This document shows positions 47,433 to 59,956 of a DNA stretch of 64,000 nt, piece after piece. How positions within the stretch are numbered: position 1 is the first letter of the stretch; each line of letters opens with the position of its first letter. The stretch covers positions 1,116,001 through 1,180,000 of the forward strand of contig ML978130.1 of assembly GCA_010015805.1 (NCBI GenBank), given 5' to 3'. This stretch comes from Rhizodiscina lignyota. Its lineage: Eukaryota. Under the pieces are notes generated by a model. The model worked only from the letters and a program-made list of their open reading frames with translations. It was not told where the DNA came from and made no database searches. Both the position numbers and the translations under genes were made by a program.

Positions 47433-49544
47433 ATGATGGCGGATATATCTAGCTTCACGGGCAAGTTCAGGGCTCAGAAGGATGACTCCTCACGAGGACG
47501 AGTCACCAAACGGCCACGAGAGTCATACGTGTGCAACCCATGCCGCAAGTCCAAACTTCGATGTGATCGCGGTCAACCTTGCAACAGCTGTGCCAAGCGA
47601 CAGGATGGAGCTGTTTGCAGTTACCAACGCGAGACCAATCATCAAGCATTGCCTAGCGACAGGCTAAATCACCTCGAGTCAATGATCAAGCTTTTGATGC
47701 AAAACCAGGCATCATCGCAATCCAGCAATGGTGTGGTGGTCTCAAAGCCCGTGACGCCACCAAGTCTACCTCAAGACCCAGGCCCTGTTGATCAGACGCG
47801 AAGTGAAGAAGCTGACGGGATAAAGTATGTCGGCTCCACACATTGGTCATCCGTACTGGACGATATTCAGGAGCTAAGGGCGGCCCTTGGTGGCTCTCTT
47901 GGTGACCAAGAACTCGAGGAACCCATGGGACGCGAAACTTCGGCAGGTAGCGAGCTGATATACGGCTCTTCGAAGAATTATGCCCTGCAACAGATCATTT
48001 CTCAGCATCTGCCTTCAAAAGTTGAGGTTGATCGCCTCCTTTCCATATTCTTCAAAGGAATGGCATACGTAATACCATTCGTCCATACCTACCACTTTCA
48101 GCGTCAGTATCGAGCCTTTTGGCCTGACATTGCAAATGTCAACCCTCTCTGGCTGTCTACGTTATTCTCGATCTGTTACCTGGCATCTTTGATTGGCGGA
48201 GCCAATGCCTCGCATCGTTCTTCAGACAATGATTTAGTGCTGGGGCGGCCAGACTTTCACACAGCTGCTGGGCAATGTCTCGTCCTCGGAGAATACCATA
48301 GACCACAACAATTTGCTTTAGAGGCGCTTGTGTTGTACGCCCAATCTAAAAATGCCAGGAGCCTTGATCCTTCTCGGGAAGCTGGAGCAATCCTAGGAAT
48401 GGTAGTGCGCATGGCGTATGAGATGGGCTACCATCGGGATCCGGATTCGTTCAAATGCTTCACAGTGTTTGAAGGCGAGATGCGCAGACGGTTTTGGGCA
48501 GCATGCAAACAGATGGACCTCATGCTCTCCTTTCAGCTCGGCCTCCCAAGCAATATTCGGTTTGAAAACAGCGACACAAAACCACCGCGGAACCTCCTCG
48601 ATTCTGACTTTGATGCCGACACACAAATCCTGCCGCCCTCACGACCCGAAAATGAACTTACGAAACTTCTCTGGTTCATCGTCAAAGCCCGTCTAATGCC
48701 AAGTTTCAATAAAGTCTGCCAAGATGCTCTTTCGTTCAAAGAGAAGTCCGATGAAGAGATCATTGAGCTTGACCGAGAAATTCGGCAAATGCACACAACA
48801 CTTCCCGACATTCTCCGCCCTCGCCCCATCTCTGAGTCAATCGCAGATGAGCCTTTGCACATCATGACTCGGATTTACGTTGATTTTATTCATCTAAAGT
48901 GTCGATGTGCTCTACATCGCAAGTACATGGCCCGCGGCAATGCTTTCAGTACTACAAGCTGTATTGAAGCTGGGAGGAAGATCGTCAGCCAGTTCATCGA
49001 CATATACAAGGAGTTCTCTCCCGGTGGTCAACTACAAGGAGAGCGATGGTTACTCACGAACTTCAACTGGAACGACTTTCTGCTTGGTGTTATGGTGCTC
49101 TGCCTTGCTGTGCACATCCGCCGCAAGAGGGGTTCGCACAACTCGACAATAGATGCCGCTACCGAGAACGAAATTCTTGCACTTCTCGAACAGGCGTGTG
49201 GAATCTGTGTCGAAAAATCATCGGCCAGCAGAGACGTACGTCGAGTCTCACAAGCAATTAGGCTGACGCTGAATAGCGCCAAATCTCCCATTTCGCCGCT
49301 TAATTCAGCTTCCCTCACGCCGGCTATTACAATCGATGCTGCCTCCGATATATCACTATCAGGAAGTAACCCTCAAATAGCGGACCTTGCGACGCTCTCA
49401 TTAGAGACCCAGCACAATCAGATACCTTGCGATGAAGCGGCTTTTGGGGTGCTTGATCCTTTCAATTTCATGACCAATGATATCTCAAACATGGACTTCA
49501 CAATGTTTGACGCACAGCCCTGGATTCAGGACGAATGGCAGTAA
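47433..49544 (+). CDS. Zn(II)2Cys6 transcription factor with fungal_trans middle homology region
   Basis: CNPCRKSKLRCDRGQPCNSC...C cluster. Middle-region motifs MGYHRDP, EGEMRRRFW, PRNLLDSDF. Confidence 0.95.
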   Translation: MMADISSFTGKFRAQKDDSSRGRVTKRPRESYVCNPCRKSKLRCDRGQPCNSCAKRQDGAVCSYQRETNHQALPSDRLNHLESMIKLLMQNQASSQSSNGVVVSKPVTPPSLPQDPGPVDQTRSEEADGIKYVGSTHWSSVLDDIQELRAALGGSLGDQELEEPMGRETSAGSELIYGSSKNYALQQIISQHLPSKVEVDRLLSIFFKGMAYVIPFVHTYHFQRQYRAFWPDIANVNPLWLSTLFSICYLASLIGGANASHRSSDNDLVLGRPDFHTAAGQCLVLGEYHRPQQFALEALVLYAQSKNARSLDPSREAGAILGMVVRMAYEMGYHRDPDSFKCFTVFEGEMRRRFWAACKQMDLMLSFQLGLPSNIRFENSDTKPPRNLLDSDFDADTQILPPSRPENELTKLLWFIVKARLMPSFNKVCQDALSFKEKSDEEIIELDREIRQMHTTLPDILRPRPISESIADEPLHIMTRIYVDFIHLKCRCALHRKYMARGNAFSTTSCIEAGRKIVSQFIDIYKEFSPGGQLQGERWLLTNFNWNDFLLGVMVLCLAVHIRRKRGSHNSTIDAATENEILALLEQACGICVEKSSASRDVRRVSQAIRLTLNSAKSPISPLNSASLTPAITIDAASDISLSGSNPQIADLATLSLETQHNQIPCDEAAFGVLDPFNFMTNDISNMDFTMFDAQPWIQDEWQ

Positions 49545-49620
49545 GCAAAGCAGCGAATTTGAAAGAGCTGAGAACAGAAGACAATAGAGTCGACCAATCG
49601 CTTCAACAAAGATGCCAAGC

Positions 49621-52600
49621 CTACGTAAATTTGAAAATACTCTTCTCACCGAAGCTGAAGCCTGCCAGTAACTTTGTCTTGTCACTATCCCAGTCTTGTA
49701 TCTCAACACCCCTGACAATTGTACATCCGACGAACCGACCGCTCCCTGAGCTGCTGTCGAAATCGCGCATCACGACTGGGAATGACAGCCCATCAAGCAG
49801 TACAGCAATGGCATCGCCACAAAATTCAACCCCAGGGCTAGTCAGACCTAGAAATCCCTGTTTTGTCTCGAAGAGAACACGACCCCAGAATTTGGCCGCA
49901 ACGGAATGGAAGCTTTGGATGCGCGCTGCTACGACTCTATCGACAGCTCCGAGCTCGTCCACCTCGGCGCGCGTCCTGTAGTCGAAGGCGATTTCGTTCA
50001 GCTCCGTTCCGGCCGCCTTTAGCGCCCCGATTAAGCGCATAAAAGCCGCATGGTTGTCGCAGTCGAGGAGGATGGCATTGCAGAGGCCATTGTAGTGATA
50101 CAAGCCACCCCAGGCTGCCGCTGAGTTCTTTGTTGTCTCCTTGATCTCTGTGAGGAAACTTCGAACCCTTTTGATAAGAATTCTTGCTCGTTCCGTCTGG
50201 TCGCTTGAGGGTAGCTCGGGCATGGCCTGCCAGTGCTCACTGATGGCTTCTGACCATGGCGACGCGCTCGTGAGACGGTCCAGTACAAACTCGAGATTCT
50301 CCCAGTCGAACACGCATGCACCGATGAAATCCACTGCCACTGTGTGAAGGAAGATATTATTCATCCTTGGACTAAAAATGTCTTGTAGCAGGCCCGGTTC
50401 AGCAGTGGAGTCATCGTCTGGCTGCCCGAAAGTACCTCTCCTACCGACGCTGAAAGCATGCCCGGTTAGAATATCCCAGGATGGCAAGCAATCTACTATA
50501 TTAGGCGGCAGGGAGCCATTGCTACCAGGGTATGACGTCCATTCCAGTATACCTCCTTTGGTATGGGAAATGCCGTGGTTCCTTTCTTCAGACGAGGTGT
50601 CGTTGCACAGTTTGAGGAAAACGCCAAACCATGGGTCCTGCTGTTCCTCATGCGGCATGACATAGTTGAGGTGGACTTGATTTCGATTGATTACTTGGTC
50701 GAATTGCCAGAGCCATCTATGAATGTTGTATTCGTCGCATCCGAGATGCACGTGTCGAATGATCGAGTCCAGTTTGTAGCCTTCGGCATGAAGCGTATGA
50801 TTCAAAACCACTAACTTCGGCTTATTCTTCCTGGAAGCGAGATGATTCCGCGGTATCAAGTCTGTTTCGACCGGCTCGACGCGGCGAGTGAAATCCGGCA
50901 ACCAAGACGGTAGCCGACGGTCGTCGGGCGCGTAACGGAATGGATACCACCAAAGCATGTCGCCCCAGCCCTCAAACTGGATGAGAAACACGGCCAGGCA
51001 GGCAAAGAGCAGCTCCGACTGCATGAAATAGTCTGGCACGAACACCTTCCGGAAGACGGGGTCGAAAATCTCCCGCAGACCGTAAATCAAGTCTCGCGGA
51101 TCAGTAGACCGAGCCGAGAGCTCACGATACAGACGACTCGGTATGTCGTAGCCATGAGTCGCAGCCCTGCGGGAGATTAGATCCGAGATGCGTCGTATAT
51201 CGCTGCTGAACTGCGGCATTGGCTTCCCAATTTTGTTCTGGACATCGGCATGGAAGTTCGAGCTAGTGTCTCCGTGCCAATAGAGATCCCACGACAGAGC
51301 CATCAGCAGACCTATGTCTCGCTTCAGTGCGGCGTTGCCAGTGTGTTCGCTGCCCCAGTACCACACTGGTTCATCTGAGGCAAGATAGAACTCCTGCATT
51401 ATCCAGATTCGGCTCCACCAGGGCCTGAGGCAGAGTTCCACAAAACCTTTGCACACGTCATACTTGTCTACTCCACAACTCTGAAATAGAGTCTCAATAT
51501 TGATAGTCTTTCCATCACTGCCCTCTTCCAGTGCGTTGCCATCATCAACCCTGTTGAGGAACTTGAAAAGATCGCTAACGGGGTTCGAAGCCGGTGGTGG
51601 CGGTGGAGCACCCAGAAATACGACGACTGTTTTGGCCAGGCGGTAGATCTCACCCATCTTTCGGACCTCAATCGATCGTTCTCTCGTATTTACTTGATTA
51701 ACGCAGATGGCGTCAATCCAGATTCTGCGTTTGGCGTCGGACAGGCGAAGCGCAAAAAGGGCATCGAAGAGGTTGGGATTGACTGGAGCATTTATTCCAT
51801 TCACCTGGATCATTCGTGCGGGATTAGGTGGTCCCCAGACGTACGACAACGCTTCATATGCATTTTTGATCTCGTCCAGCGGTTTCCTTATTAGCTCTAC
51901 GTGAATTTCATCGGACGAGCCTGGTAAGATTTCCACGAGGCGGATTGACCTTAGATCGAGGCGTAGATCGGCATAGACTTTGCTGTCCCATGTCTTGTAG
52001 TTGCTGATCGTGTCTTCTAGCTCCCTTTCAATGGAAGCAGGGAGAGGAGAAGACGCTGGCTCTGTTGGTACACTATCGGCACCTTCCTTGATGGTGTCTA
52101 TGAATTTTCTGGTCTCGTATGAGAGCGTCGGAAACACGCCGCCGGTACCCGATGTTCGCTTCTCGAAGGATGGCAGCGCAACCTTCATAGAGGACCTCAT
52201 GTATTCAGACACATAAGCTTCTTGGGCTTCCTCAGGCGCGTCGTCTTCGGGCTCTAGCGCCGGCTCGGACTCGTTTGATTTGTCTCGATTCGATTCTATT
52301 CTCTCACGCAGTGATTGCATGTTGCGGACCCAGTCTTTGCCAGTCTCCGGGACTTCTTCGCTTTGCGAGTCTTTGTCGTCTCCCGGATCTTCATGACTCG
52401 ACGAATCTTCCCCAATATCCTGGTCCACAACCTCATCATGGTCAGTAGGCGGCGGAGGCGGAGGCGAGTCCCGGACAACTACTGTCCTTCCTTCTGGAAT
52501 GGCATCCCCAATCAAGTTGACGATAGTGTTCACCACAGCATCTTCCTCGGCCTGGGTGGGCTCACTAAAGCCTGCCCCTGGCGGGTGGATGTCTTTGAGC

Positions 52601-52815
52601 GTTTCCTTCTTCCCTAAAATCGCGCAACATCAGCGACTACTCTGTCTTTTATCAATATTTCCATTATTGGTGTGTCACATACCAAAGCCAACAGAATTCA
52701 TAAATTTGAAGGCAGCCGGCTTCAGCTGCTCCAGGAATTGAAGGCGCCGCCATATCACAGTTCCCAACTTGAGGAATGGCTGTTTGAGTTGTTGCCTTGA
52801 GTTAGCACTTCCCAT
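49621..52815 (-). CDS. Heterokaryon-incompatibility (HET) domain protein, HET-6-like
   Basis: Motifs IRLVEILPG, YEALSYVWG, NLFDAL..LR, WIDAICVNQ, MGEIY..A..V, PWWSRIWIMQE, TDPRD..YGL, LPSWLPD. Inferred first exon 52815-52683 and intron 52614-52682 are in frame with the 971-codon ORF. Confidence 0.9.
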
Positions 52816-54026
52816 TGTGATTGTAAGTGTTGAATGATGGTTTTGAGGACATCCATGATTAGAGATCTTGCAAACGCGTTTATCTAAGGATGTTCAGCTG
52901 AGGGTCTCTTGAAAGTTAGGTGGGTAGCAGATGCAGGATGCATCCAGAGAAGCAGCATTATTGGTGCGATTACAAGCCCTACACAATCTTCGTTCCAAGC
53001 AGGCTAAGGCGAAGCTGAGCAACCCTGGACGCTGCTAGAAAATCTGATTGGATGCCAAGTGCATTGCGGATGGTATGTTCTCATGGTGGAAAGGAAAAGC
53101 TGCTATGCTGCCTGGCACATTTTGCTCAGCGCATTCCTCTCTCGCTCATTTAGACCACTAATACCAAGAAACCTGCGCGAGACTTTCAAGTCTTGAAGCT
53201 TAAGAAAGTGACCTTCTGGCCCAGTTAAAAGATTCTTGTTCAGATTGGCATTATGAGGCCAAGGCACAGGATCGGTCTCGGCCGTTTGTGGCTTGCGGTT
53301 AGTTTTGCGGGGTGCCAAAGTCGTCGCCGGTGAGGCAGCTGCTGATAGTGTCCATAGCACTCTATGACGACTGCCATTCTGTCTGGAACTTGCTGCCTGT
53401 GAAAGGATGCGCGGACGTCCAACGCCTTTGGTTGTGAAGAAATGGCGTCACTGCGGTTACAATACGTGGAAGGATTGTCGTGTCCTTTGCAATGAACGGA
53501 GAGGGATGCCGGGCCACTGGAAAAGTAGGTGACAAAATCAGGTCACCCTTTGACCACTTCAGATCAGCGTCGGCTCTGTCCTTCGGCGCGCTCACTTGTT
53601 GTACAAAGTGGTTAAGGTACATAGGTGTGGAGTAGATCAGATGCGACGTTCGGCGCCATCCGAACGGACCCACATTTACCGGTTAACCTCCAGATTAAAT
53701 GGGCCGTACATATCTAATCGAGTTTTTCTCACTCTTTTAGATCAAGTGTTTGACATTACTGAAGCATTCTTCGCATTGCGAAAGATATATCTCGTCATGA
53801 AGAAACACCTACAGTGACGGTGGAAAGGGAATATGTTGACGGCTCCCGATTTACCAGGAGAGGACTTTCGGATTCAAGGGCTTGGAAATTTAAAAATCAT
53901 GAGTGCAAGTAGTTTAAATTTCTATAACCACACCCAGAATTCGGTCTTTTTCTCCAGGATCCCTGATAGCCCTGTCTCCGTTGACGATAGTGCGGAGACT
54001 TCGGAGGGTCGCATTTCTTCAACATC

Positions 54027-54545
54027 TCAATTCAAGTCTCGCTCTGGCCCAATAAACCGTCTTCCATGTCTCCAGAACCAACCCCACCTGCAGAGTCCCA
54101 ATGGGACTCCATACCCCATACTAGCAATGTTGACTTTGAAGGGCCACCAACTCTGATCCTTCTCTGCCTCTGTCTCCGTGTGACGACCGCACTCGTTGAA
54201 GCTGCTCCAATGCCTCATGGGCAAGCTCTCCGGTTTCTCGTTGGCGCTCGCTGAGTTGTTGGGTTCCGTAAAAGGCACTTTCATCACCCGACCTCCTTCA
54301 TCAGGGGTACTCAGACTGCCCACAATGGTGATGGACATATCCGTCGATTCTGTTAATATGGCAGTTGTAGAAGGGGTTGATGGAGTTGCAAGAGGCGTAG
54401 GCTGCGCCGACTGTGGCGTAGCATTGTGTGGAAAATCGTTACGGCGGTCACTAAGATTATTGGCAAGCCAGAAAAGAAGTACGAGTACGGTTAAAACAAC
54501 ACATAGGGCAAAAAGCATGGCTTCAAGCCGGATATAGTCGGACAT
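54027..54545 (-). CDS. Small single-pass membrane protein, hypothetical
   Basis: ATG at 54545, hydrophobic helix MLFALCVVLTVLVLLFWL, then a Thr/Pro-rich region. Confidence 0.5.
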   Translation of the reverse strand: MSDYIRLEAMLFALCVVLTVLVLLFWLANNLSDRRNDFPHNATPQSAQPTPLATPSTPSTTAILTESTDMSITIVGSLSTPDEGGRVMKVPFTEPNNSASANEKPESLPMRHWSSFNECGRHTETEAEKDQSWWPFKVNIASMGYGVPLGLCRWGWFWRHGRRFIGPERDLN

Positions 54546-54955
54546 CGTGAGAGGGAAGAGTTTGAGAACAGAATCGGGCTCCGATAATTGTGAAGCTGAT
54601 GACAAACTGCTTTGGTAGGGAATGGAACTTATAGACGCCGGTTGGGGAAGAATTTATATACAGCAAAACAAGTTTGGCAGACAGTATGGAGTATGACAAT
54701 AGGGTTCAGAATCTTTAAAACACTGAAAGACTTGTTTCAGACGCATCAATGACACAAACACGATGTTTGAAATCCTCAACCTTTTCGACAAAAGAAGCAA
54801 AAGTAGTCTCACTCATGGAAGACAATAAGTCGCATGTTAGTTGAACAAAGGATGAAGTGCAGTAATCGATTACAATTCTCATAGAACAACAAAGCTACAA
54901 GAGTAGCAGCGAGAGTGATATCATACGGCACGTCGAACTCTACGTCTTAACAAAC

Positions 54956-56844
54956 CTACGCGCTCTGTACAAGTGCCCTCCTCGCCAACCTCAGCTTCCT
55001 CTTCAGGGCCAGGCTCTGCTCAGCAGGTGGATCGATCAAGCTTCCCCATGTGTCCTTCGGATCCGGAGTATTGTTGCAATCCTTTGTATCGAGCACCTCG
55101 CTGCCCGTCTTGCCAGCGCAGTTGCCTTCAGTTGGGATGTTCTGTGCGCGGCAGATGGCGAGGTGGTCCTCAGGAATGGTGATGCCGAGCTGCTGGAGAT
55201 GGGTGGGTGCTTCAATGATGGTGGCGCGCATACCGGCCTCCATATGCCATTCCATGTGGCAGTGAACTGTATAGCGTTGTATCAGCAAATGAAGGAGTGG
55301 CAAAAGGATAGCCGGAAAGGAGACTTACTCGGCCAAACACCAGGGTTGTTAGCTTGGAAGCGGATGACAAGATGACCGCCTGGGACCGTGGTGGCAGTGT
55401 CCCTCTTCATTGGGACCTTTGGAAAGTTCTTTGTATTTCCATCCCACTTGCCCACACCTCTCGCGACAACCTGGAAGCGGTGGCCGTGCAAGTGGATCGG
55501 ATGCGGAAATTCATCCAAGTTGTTAATGACGACTTGAACAACGTCACCCTGCTGGACGACATAAGGGTTTGTAGCGAAGCCATAGACAGCAGGGTTATTG
55601 GCCTCTTCGCCGGTGGTGAGTGCAGTATAGAGAGAGGGCACTTTGGGGGCGATGTAGGATTCGTTGCCAAAGGTCATTCTACGATTGAGACGTCAGATAC
55701 AAGCGACGAGTTGTAAGTGAGATACATACCGTGGACCAGCTTTAGTTTCGATGTAATGTACATCCAACTCAATGGTCTCCGTCACTGGCTCGAGCAAAGG
55801 CTGGTTATCCGTAGGGACAAGGGTCATGTCATCGATCGGAACGCCGGGGAGAGTAGCGGGAATTCTTGCCAGCGGCAGCAGTGGCTTATCGGTGTACTTA
55901 AGGGTCGCGGTATTCGAAAGGAGCGAGTCAATCATGCGGGAATAGATGCCGTAGTTTTCATTTGTGGTGGTTTTGGCGGTAATAACGACGTCGTACCGCT
56001 GTCCGGCACCAATTTCGATGGCTTCGGCATTGGCGGGTTTGACAGGAGCGCCATCGACAGCGACGACAGACATTTTGTGACCCTCTAAACGCACATGTTA
56101 GAGATATCTGATAAGCTTGCAAATAAACCTGGTAAGCTTACGGAATTCAATTGTGTGCGCCATGAAGGCGGACATGCTAATTATGCGGAAGAGATATTTC
56201 TTTCCGGGCAAGATGTCAAACGATGGACCTTCTTCAGCGTCGTTCATCAAACTCGAATCGGGAATGGGCACTTTGCCCGTTGTGAGCATCTGGTGAACCA
56301 GGTATGGAGCTTGTTGATGATACCTTTCTCAGTTAGTATTGTCGCTAATGATTTGAGACGAAATAACTAACCAGTCAGACACTGTAATAGTGTACTGTGC
56401 GTCCACTCCCAGAGACTTTTCCCAGGCAGGGTCATGTACAATCATCGGTCCCCTAATGCCATCCGGGTACTGCCCCTTGCTGTGGGAGTGGAACCAGTGT
56501 GTGCCCGCTGGATTCGCAGTGAATTGGTGCGTGAATGTGCCACCGGGTTGAATTGGGCATTGCGAGACGGAAGGAACACCGTCCATATCAGCCGTACCCG
56601 TTTGGAATTCGCCATGGCAGTGAATGCCCGTTGTCTCGTTGCCCAAGTTGTTCTTCAAGTTCAAGACCACAAGGTCTCCGTTATCGACTTCGATGGACGG
56701 GCATGGCCATTTGCCGTTGATACCAATTACAGGTCGTGCATATCCATCCGGAGCAGCAGTGACCCAATCTATACTCCAATCGAAGGTTACGGTTTTCGCG
56801 GCAGCAAGCGAGATGAAAGAAACGAGAGGAAGGAGAATACCCAT
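54956..56844 (-). CDS. Secreted multicopper oxidase (Fet3/Abr1-like laccase-ferroxidase, no TM anchor)
   Basis: Signal peptide. Copper motifs HCHG, HWFHSH, HPIHLHGH and HCHMEWH. Four introns, the last at 55269-55328 joining NPGVWP-I-HCH. Confidence 0.93.
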
Positions 56845-58577
56845 CTTGAACGAATGAACAATTACAAGAAAAGCAAAAGGACGTCTAATGAGAGAGAATG
56901 AGGGCGATTGAGAAAATTTCGTTCACATGGGCCAAGGCCGAAGGTAGATATAGCTCTTGAGAACAGGTGAATCTATGCAGGGCTTGCTCTGAATATTGCA
57001 ACTCCGAAATGCCATAAGCCGACAGGGCAAGGGTCGAGACGACCTTGGAGAGGCTCAAGATTCATGTCGAGCATCTGCCCTATAGAAAAATCCCTGGTCC
57101 GGACTTTCTCAATGGTGCAGAGCTTGGAAAATCGCCATCAAGACGGTAAAGCAAAGCTTTTTCCGTAGTGTGGCAGCTGAAGATAATTGGAATAGCGCGA
57201 AAGCTGCAAGCCGGATTTTCACAGTTGTTTGGATGGCGTCCATTGAGGGCGGGAACAAGCAATTGGATAAGGCTTGTTTCAGCCACGGCACACAGGATAG
57301 GCCATGACTTTCGCGGAGATGTTGCTAAGGGATCGGAGAGGCAGTGGAGATCCAAGACATGTTCATGGAAAGCGTTGCACGAGGTCGAGAAATTTTGCAT
57401 TAATGGTCCAGGGAGAGTGCCGATCATAGGGCCACAGCACAGCTGGGCGCTGGGCGGAAAGGTACAGCTTGGCGAGAGAGCGCCATCGGGGAAGCTATAG
57501 TGCTGTGTGAAGATACTAAATTCGGTCAGGAGAAAATAGAGTTGGTACAGATGAGGAATGTCAAGAAAAATCGAGAAAATGGAGTGAGACTCGGCCCGCC
57601 GATCCTGTCTTGTTTTCGGTACTGGTCCAATCTCCGGTGGTTATGGATTGAAAGTCTGAACTCTATCGATGTCAAATCGTGACATCAGCAGAGTTAGAGC
57701 ATCAAAAGATGTCTTATCTTCGCAGCATTGCGGCGGCATTTAGGTAGCGGTCTGGCGGTGCTGCGATGTGTGGTGGTGGGCGCTATCATTGATTGAAGTT
57801 AGGACACCTGCACCGGCCGGAAATTTCTTGTCGATCGGGGTTCGGTATGCCACTAGGCTCTAGAGCGAGATCCCAAGGTCCGATAGACAAATGAAGGTGC
57901 GGGATCTTGCATTCTGCATGTACGTGTGCGCATGCTGTTTCCAAGTTGTGGGAAGAAGTGCCAGCCGCGCCCAGGCCCTATTTTGGGTGCCACAGACGGG
58001 TGAGGGCGCGGCTCCCCAGCATGCTGCAGAAGTCACATCTGCATATCCAGGGACGCGGCAGTGGCAAGCAAGCTTTGTGCTCGTTCTCCTGCACTGTTGG
58101 CCAGCGGCAGTGTTCGTTGTCCACTCAAGGGACCACGGTGCAATCTTCTCACCAGACGCGTCGTTGGCGATGTCCTTGACACGCTTCTGGTGCCCTGTCG
58201 GCGTTTTAGGGCAGTTCTGCTGCCGACCTGCCTGATCCAACGCTGCGGCCACCAATGATGATCGTCGCTCAATATCAATGTTTCGCGGATGATGCCGATG
58301 TGGATGAGACACGTTGAAGAGGCGTGCCAAAAGCAACAACAGTTCAAAGACATGAGGCATCAGCGGGATGCAAGTCGCCATCGGCTTTCCCGAAGAACTG
58401 CCCATCATCATTTCCACATTCCTCATTCATCGATATCGCAATTCGCTCTCATATTTCCGGACAGTTCACGTCATCACTGTGAAAAGCCCAAACATTTTTG
58501 GTAACCTTCGATCGAATTTACTTAATCATCGGAATCCATCGACCATACACCGTCGCAATCCAGCACAGAATATATGA

Positions 58578-59420
58578 TCAGAGCATGCTGATGGTTGCAG
58601 GTGCGCTCGCCCTCTCGATATTCGAAATCGGCAGAAGCAGTCCATCTTCTGATCCGCCGTCATCGAGCGCATACTCCACCAACTTCTCCGCCATCCACTC
58701 CATCGCACTGTTGATCCTCTCCCACAGAGTCTCGTCCAACTTCCTCACCTTCGCTTCCTTATTCGCATTCTGTTTGGCTCTCGTGCTGCGTATCCTTTCT
58801 CCCATATCCGGCGTTCCAGGCAAGCTCTGCCAGCCGCTGATGATGGGACTCGCGATGGCCCTGGCAGTATCCGCCACCACAATCCCCGCGGACCGCGGCC
58901 GTGGTGGTGAACTCCTGCTTCGTTCTCTGCTAAGTCTCCAGCGCTGAGGCAGGGGCATCAGACTCTCTTCATCGAATTGGCCTCTGCGCAGTAACCACTC
59001 GAATTCAGAGTTTCGATCGTCCTCTGCGTCTTGCGAATAATCGGAGTATGGCGAGCGAGACCTGAGCGACGTGTTTGGGTGCTGTTCGGTATTGACGCCT
59101 AGCATAGTGACGTTGTCGTGCCAAACCTCAAGGTCCATACCTCCGCTGCCATGGACCTCATCTGCAGGAAGCCTTTCATATTTCACCTTCCTCTTTCTGC
59201 TCAACAGTTTTGTTAACCTGCCAACGAAGCGGGGGACGTATGCGAGGCTGCGATTCGATGGCGGAAACACCGCAAAGTAAAGTAATGCCGTTGTTAAAGC
59301 ACCGATTGTGGCCGCAATGGCGATGAAAATGATCGCCGACAAAGGAATTGGCGGTAACTCAGGTAATGATGTTCCAGAGAGTGGAATCGTTGAAGGCGTT
59401 GTTGCTTGTTGTGGCTCCAT
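58578..59420 (-). CDS. Single-pass membrane hypothetical protein
   Basis: ATG at 59420, TM helix AIIFIAIAATIGALTTALLYF, basic juxtamembrane segment RKRKVKY, disordered tail. Confidence 0.7.
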   Translation of the reverse strand: MEPQQATTPSTIPLSGTSLPELPPIPLSAIIFIAIAATIGALTTALLYFAVFPPSNRSLAYVPRFVGRLTKLLSRKRKVKYERLPADEVHGSGGMDLEVWHDNVTMLGVNTEQHPNTSLRSRSPYSDYSQDAEDDRNSEFEWLLRRGQFDEESLMPLPQRWRLSRERSRSSPPRPRSAGIVVADTARAIASPIISGWQSLPGTPDMGERIRSTRAKQNANKEAKVRKLDETLWERINSAMEWMAEKLVEYALDDGGSEDGLLLPISNIERASAPATISML

Positions 59421-59956
59421 GGTGTTTCGTGTTCGGCGCGTCACTGATTTTGCGCCTGCGCGATAATAGCCCAAAGACTGTCAAACAAATGGCTCATCGC
59501 CACAGAGAAAGGAACGGTAAGCGCTTAGCGCCCTGGTGCGAGACTGTTTGAGAGGCAAAGCACGAACGGTGTTTGATATAAAGTCTGTTGACAGCGCACA
59601 AGTCGGAGAGATGGGTTAGTTCGTGACGCAACACAGTGAAAGCGAATTTGGTGGCAAAATATTTCACATTTTTCATTTCATCCAGTCCTGGTTGGGCACT
59701 AGAGGCCCGAGTACTTCCATGCCAACTCAGCTTTATGCAATGCTAATGTACATTTTCTGTCACAAGCACTGCTGCACTGCAAGTCTCCATATACACCTTG
59801 CGCCTTTGAAATACTGTCAGGAAGCCGACTGCAGCCTCCCCAGTCTAATATTAGTCCCATACACACGCTCTATCGTTTATCCTTTGCTCTCAAAGTCTAG
59901 TATTTTGATCTTATACTTTTACCACGTATCTCCAAGTCTTACACGTATCTTCAACT

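Noticed and set aside
57860..58426. 188 aa ORF downstream of the membrane protein gene
   Set aside because: No domain features, and competing ORFs in several frames; likely non-coding.
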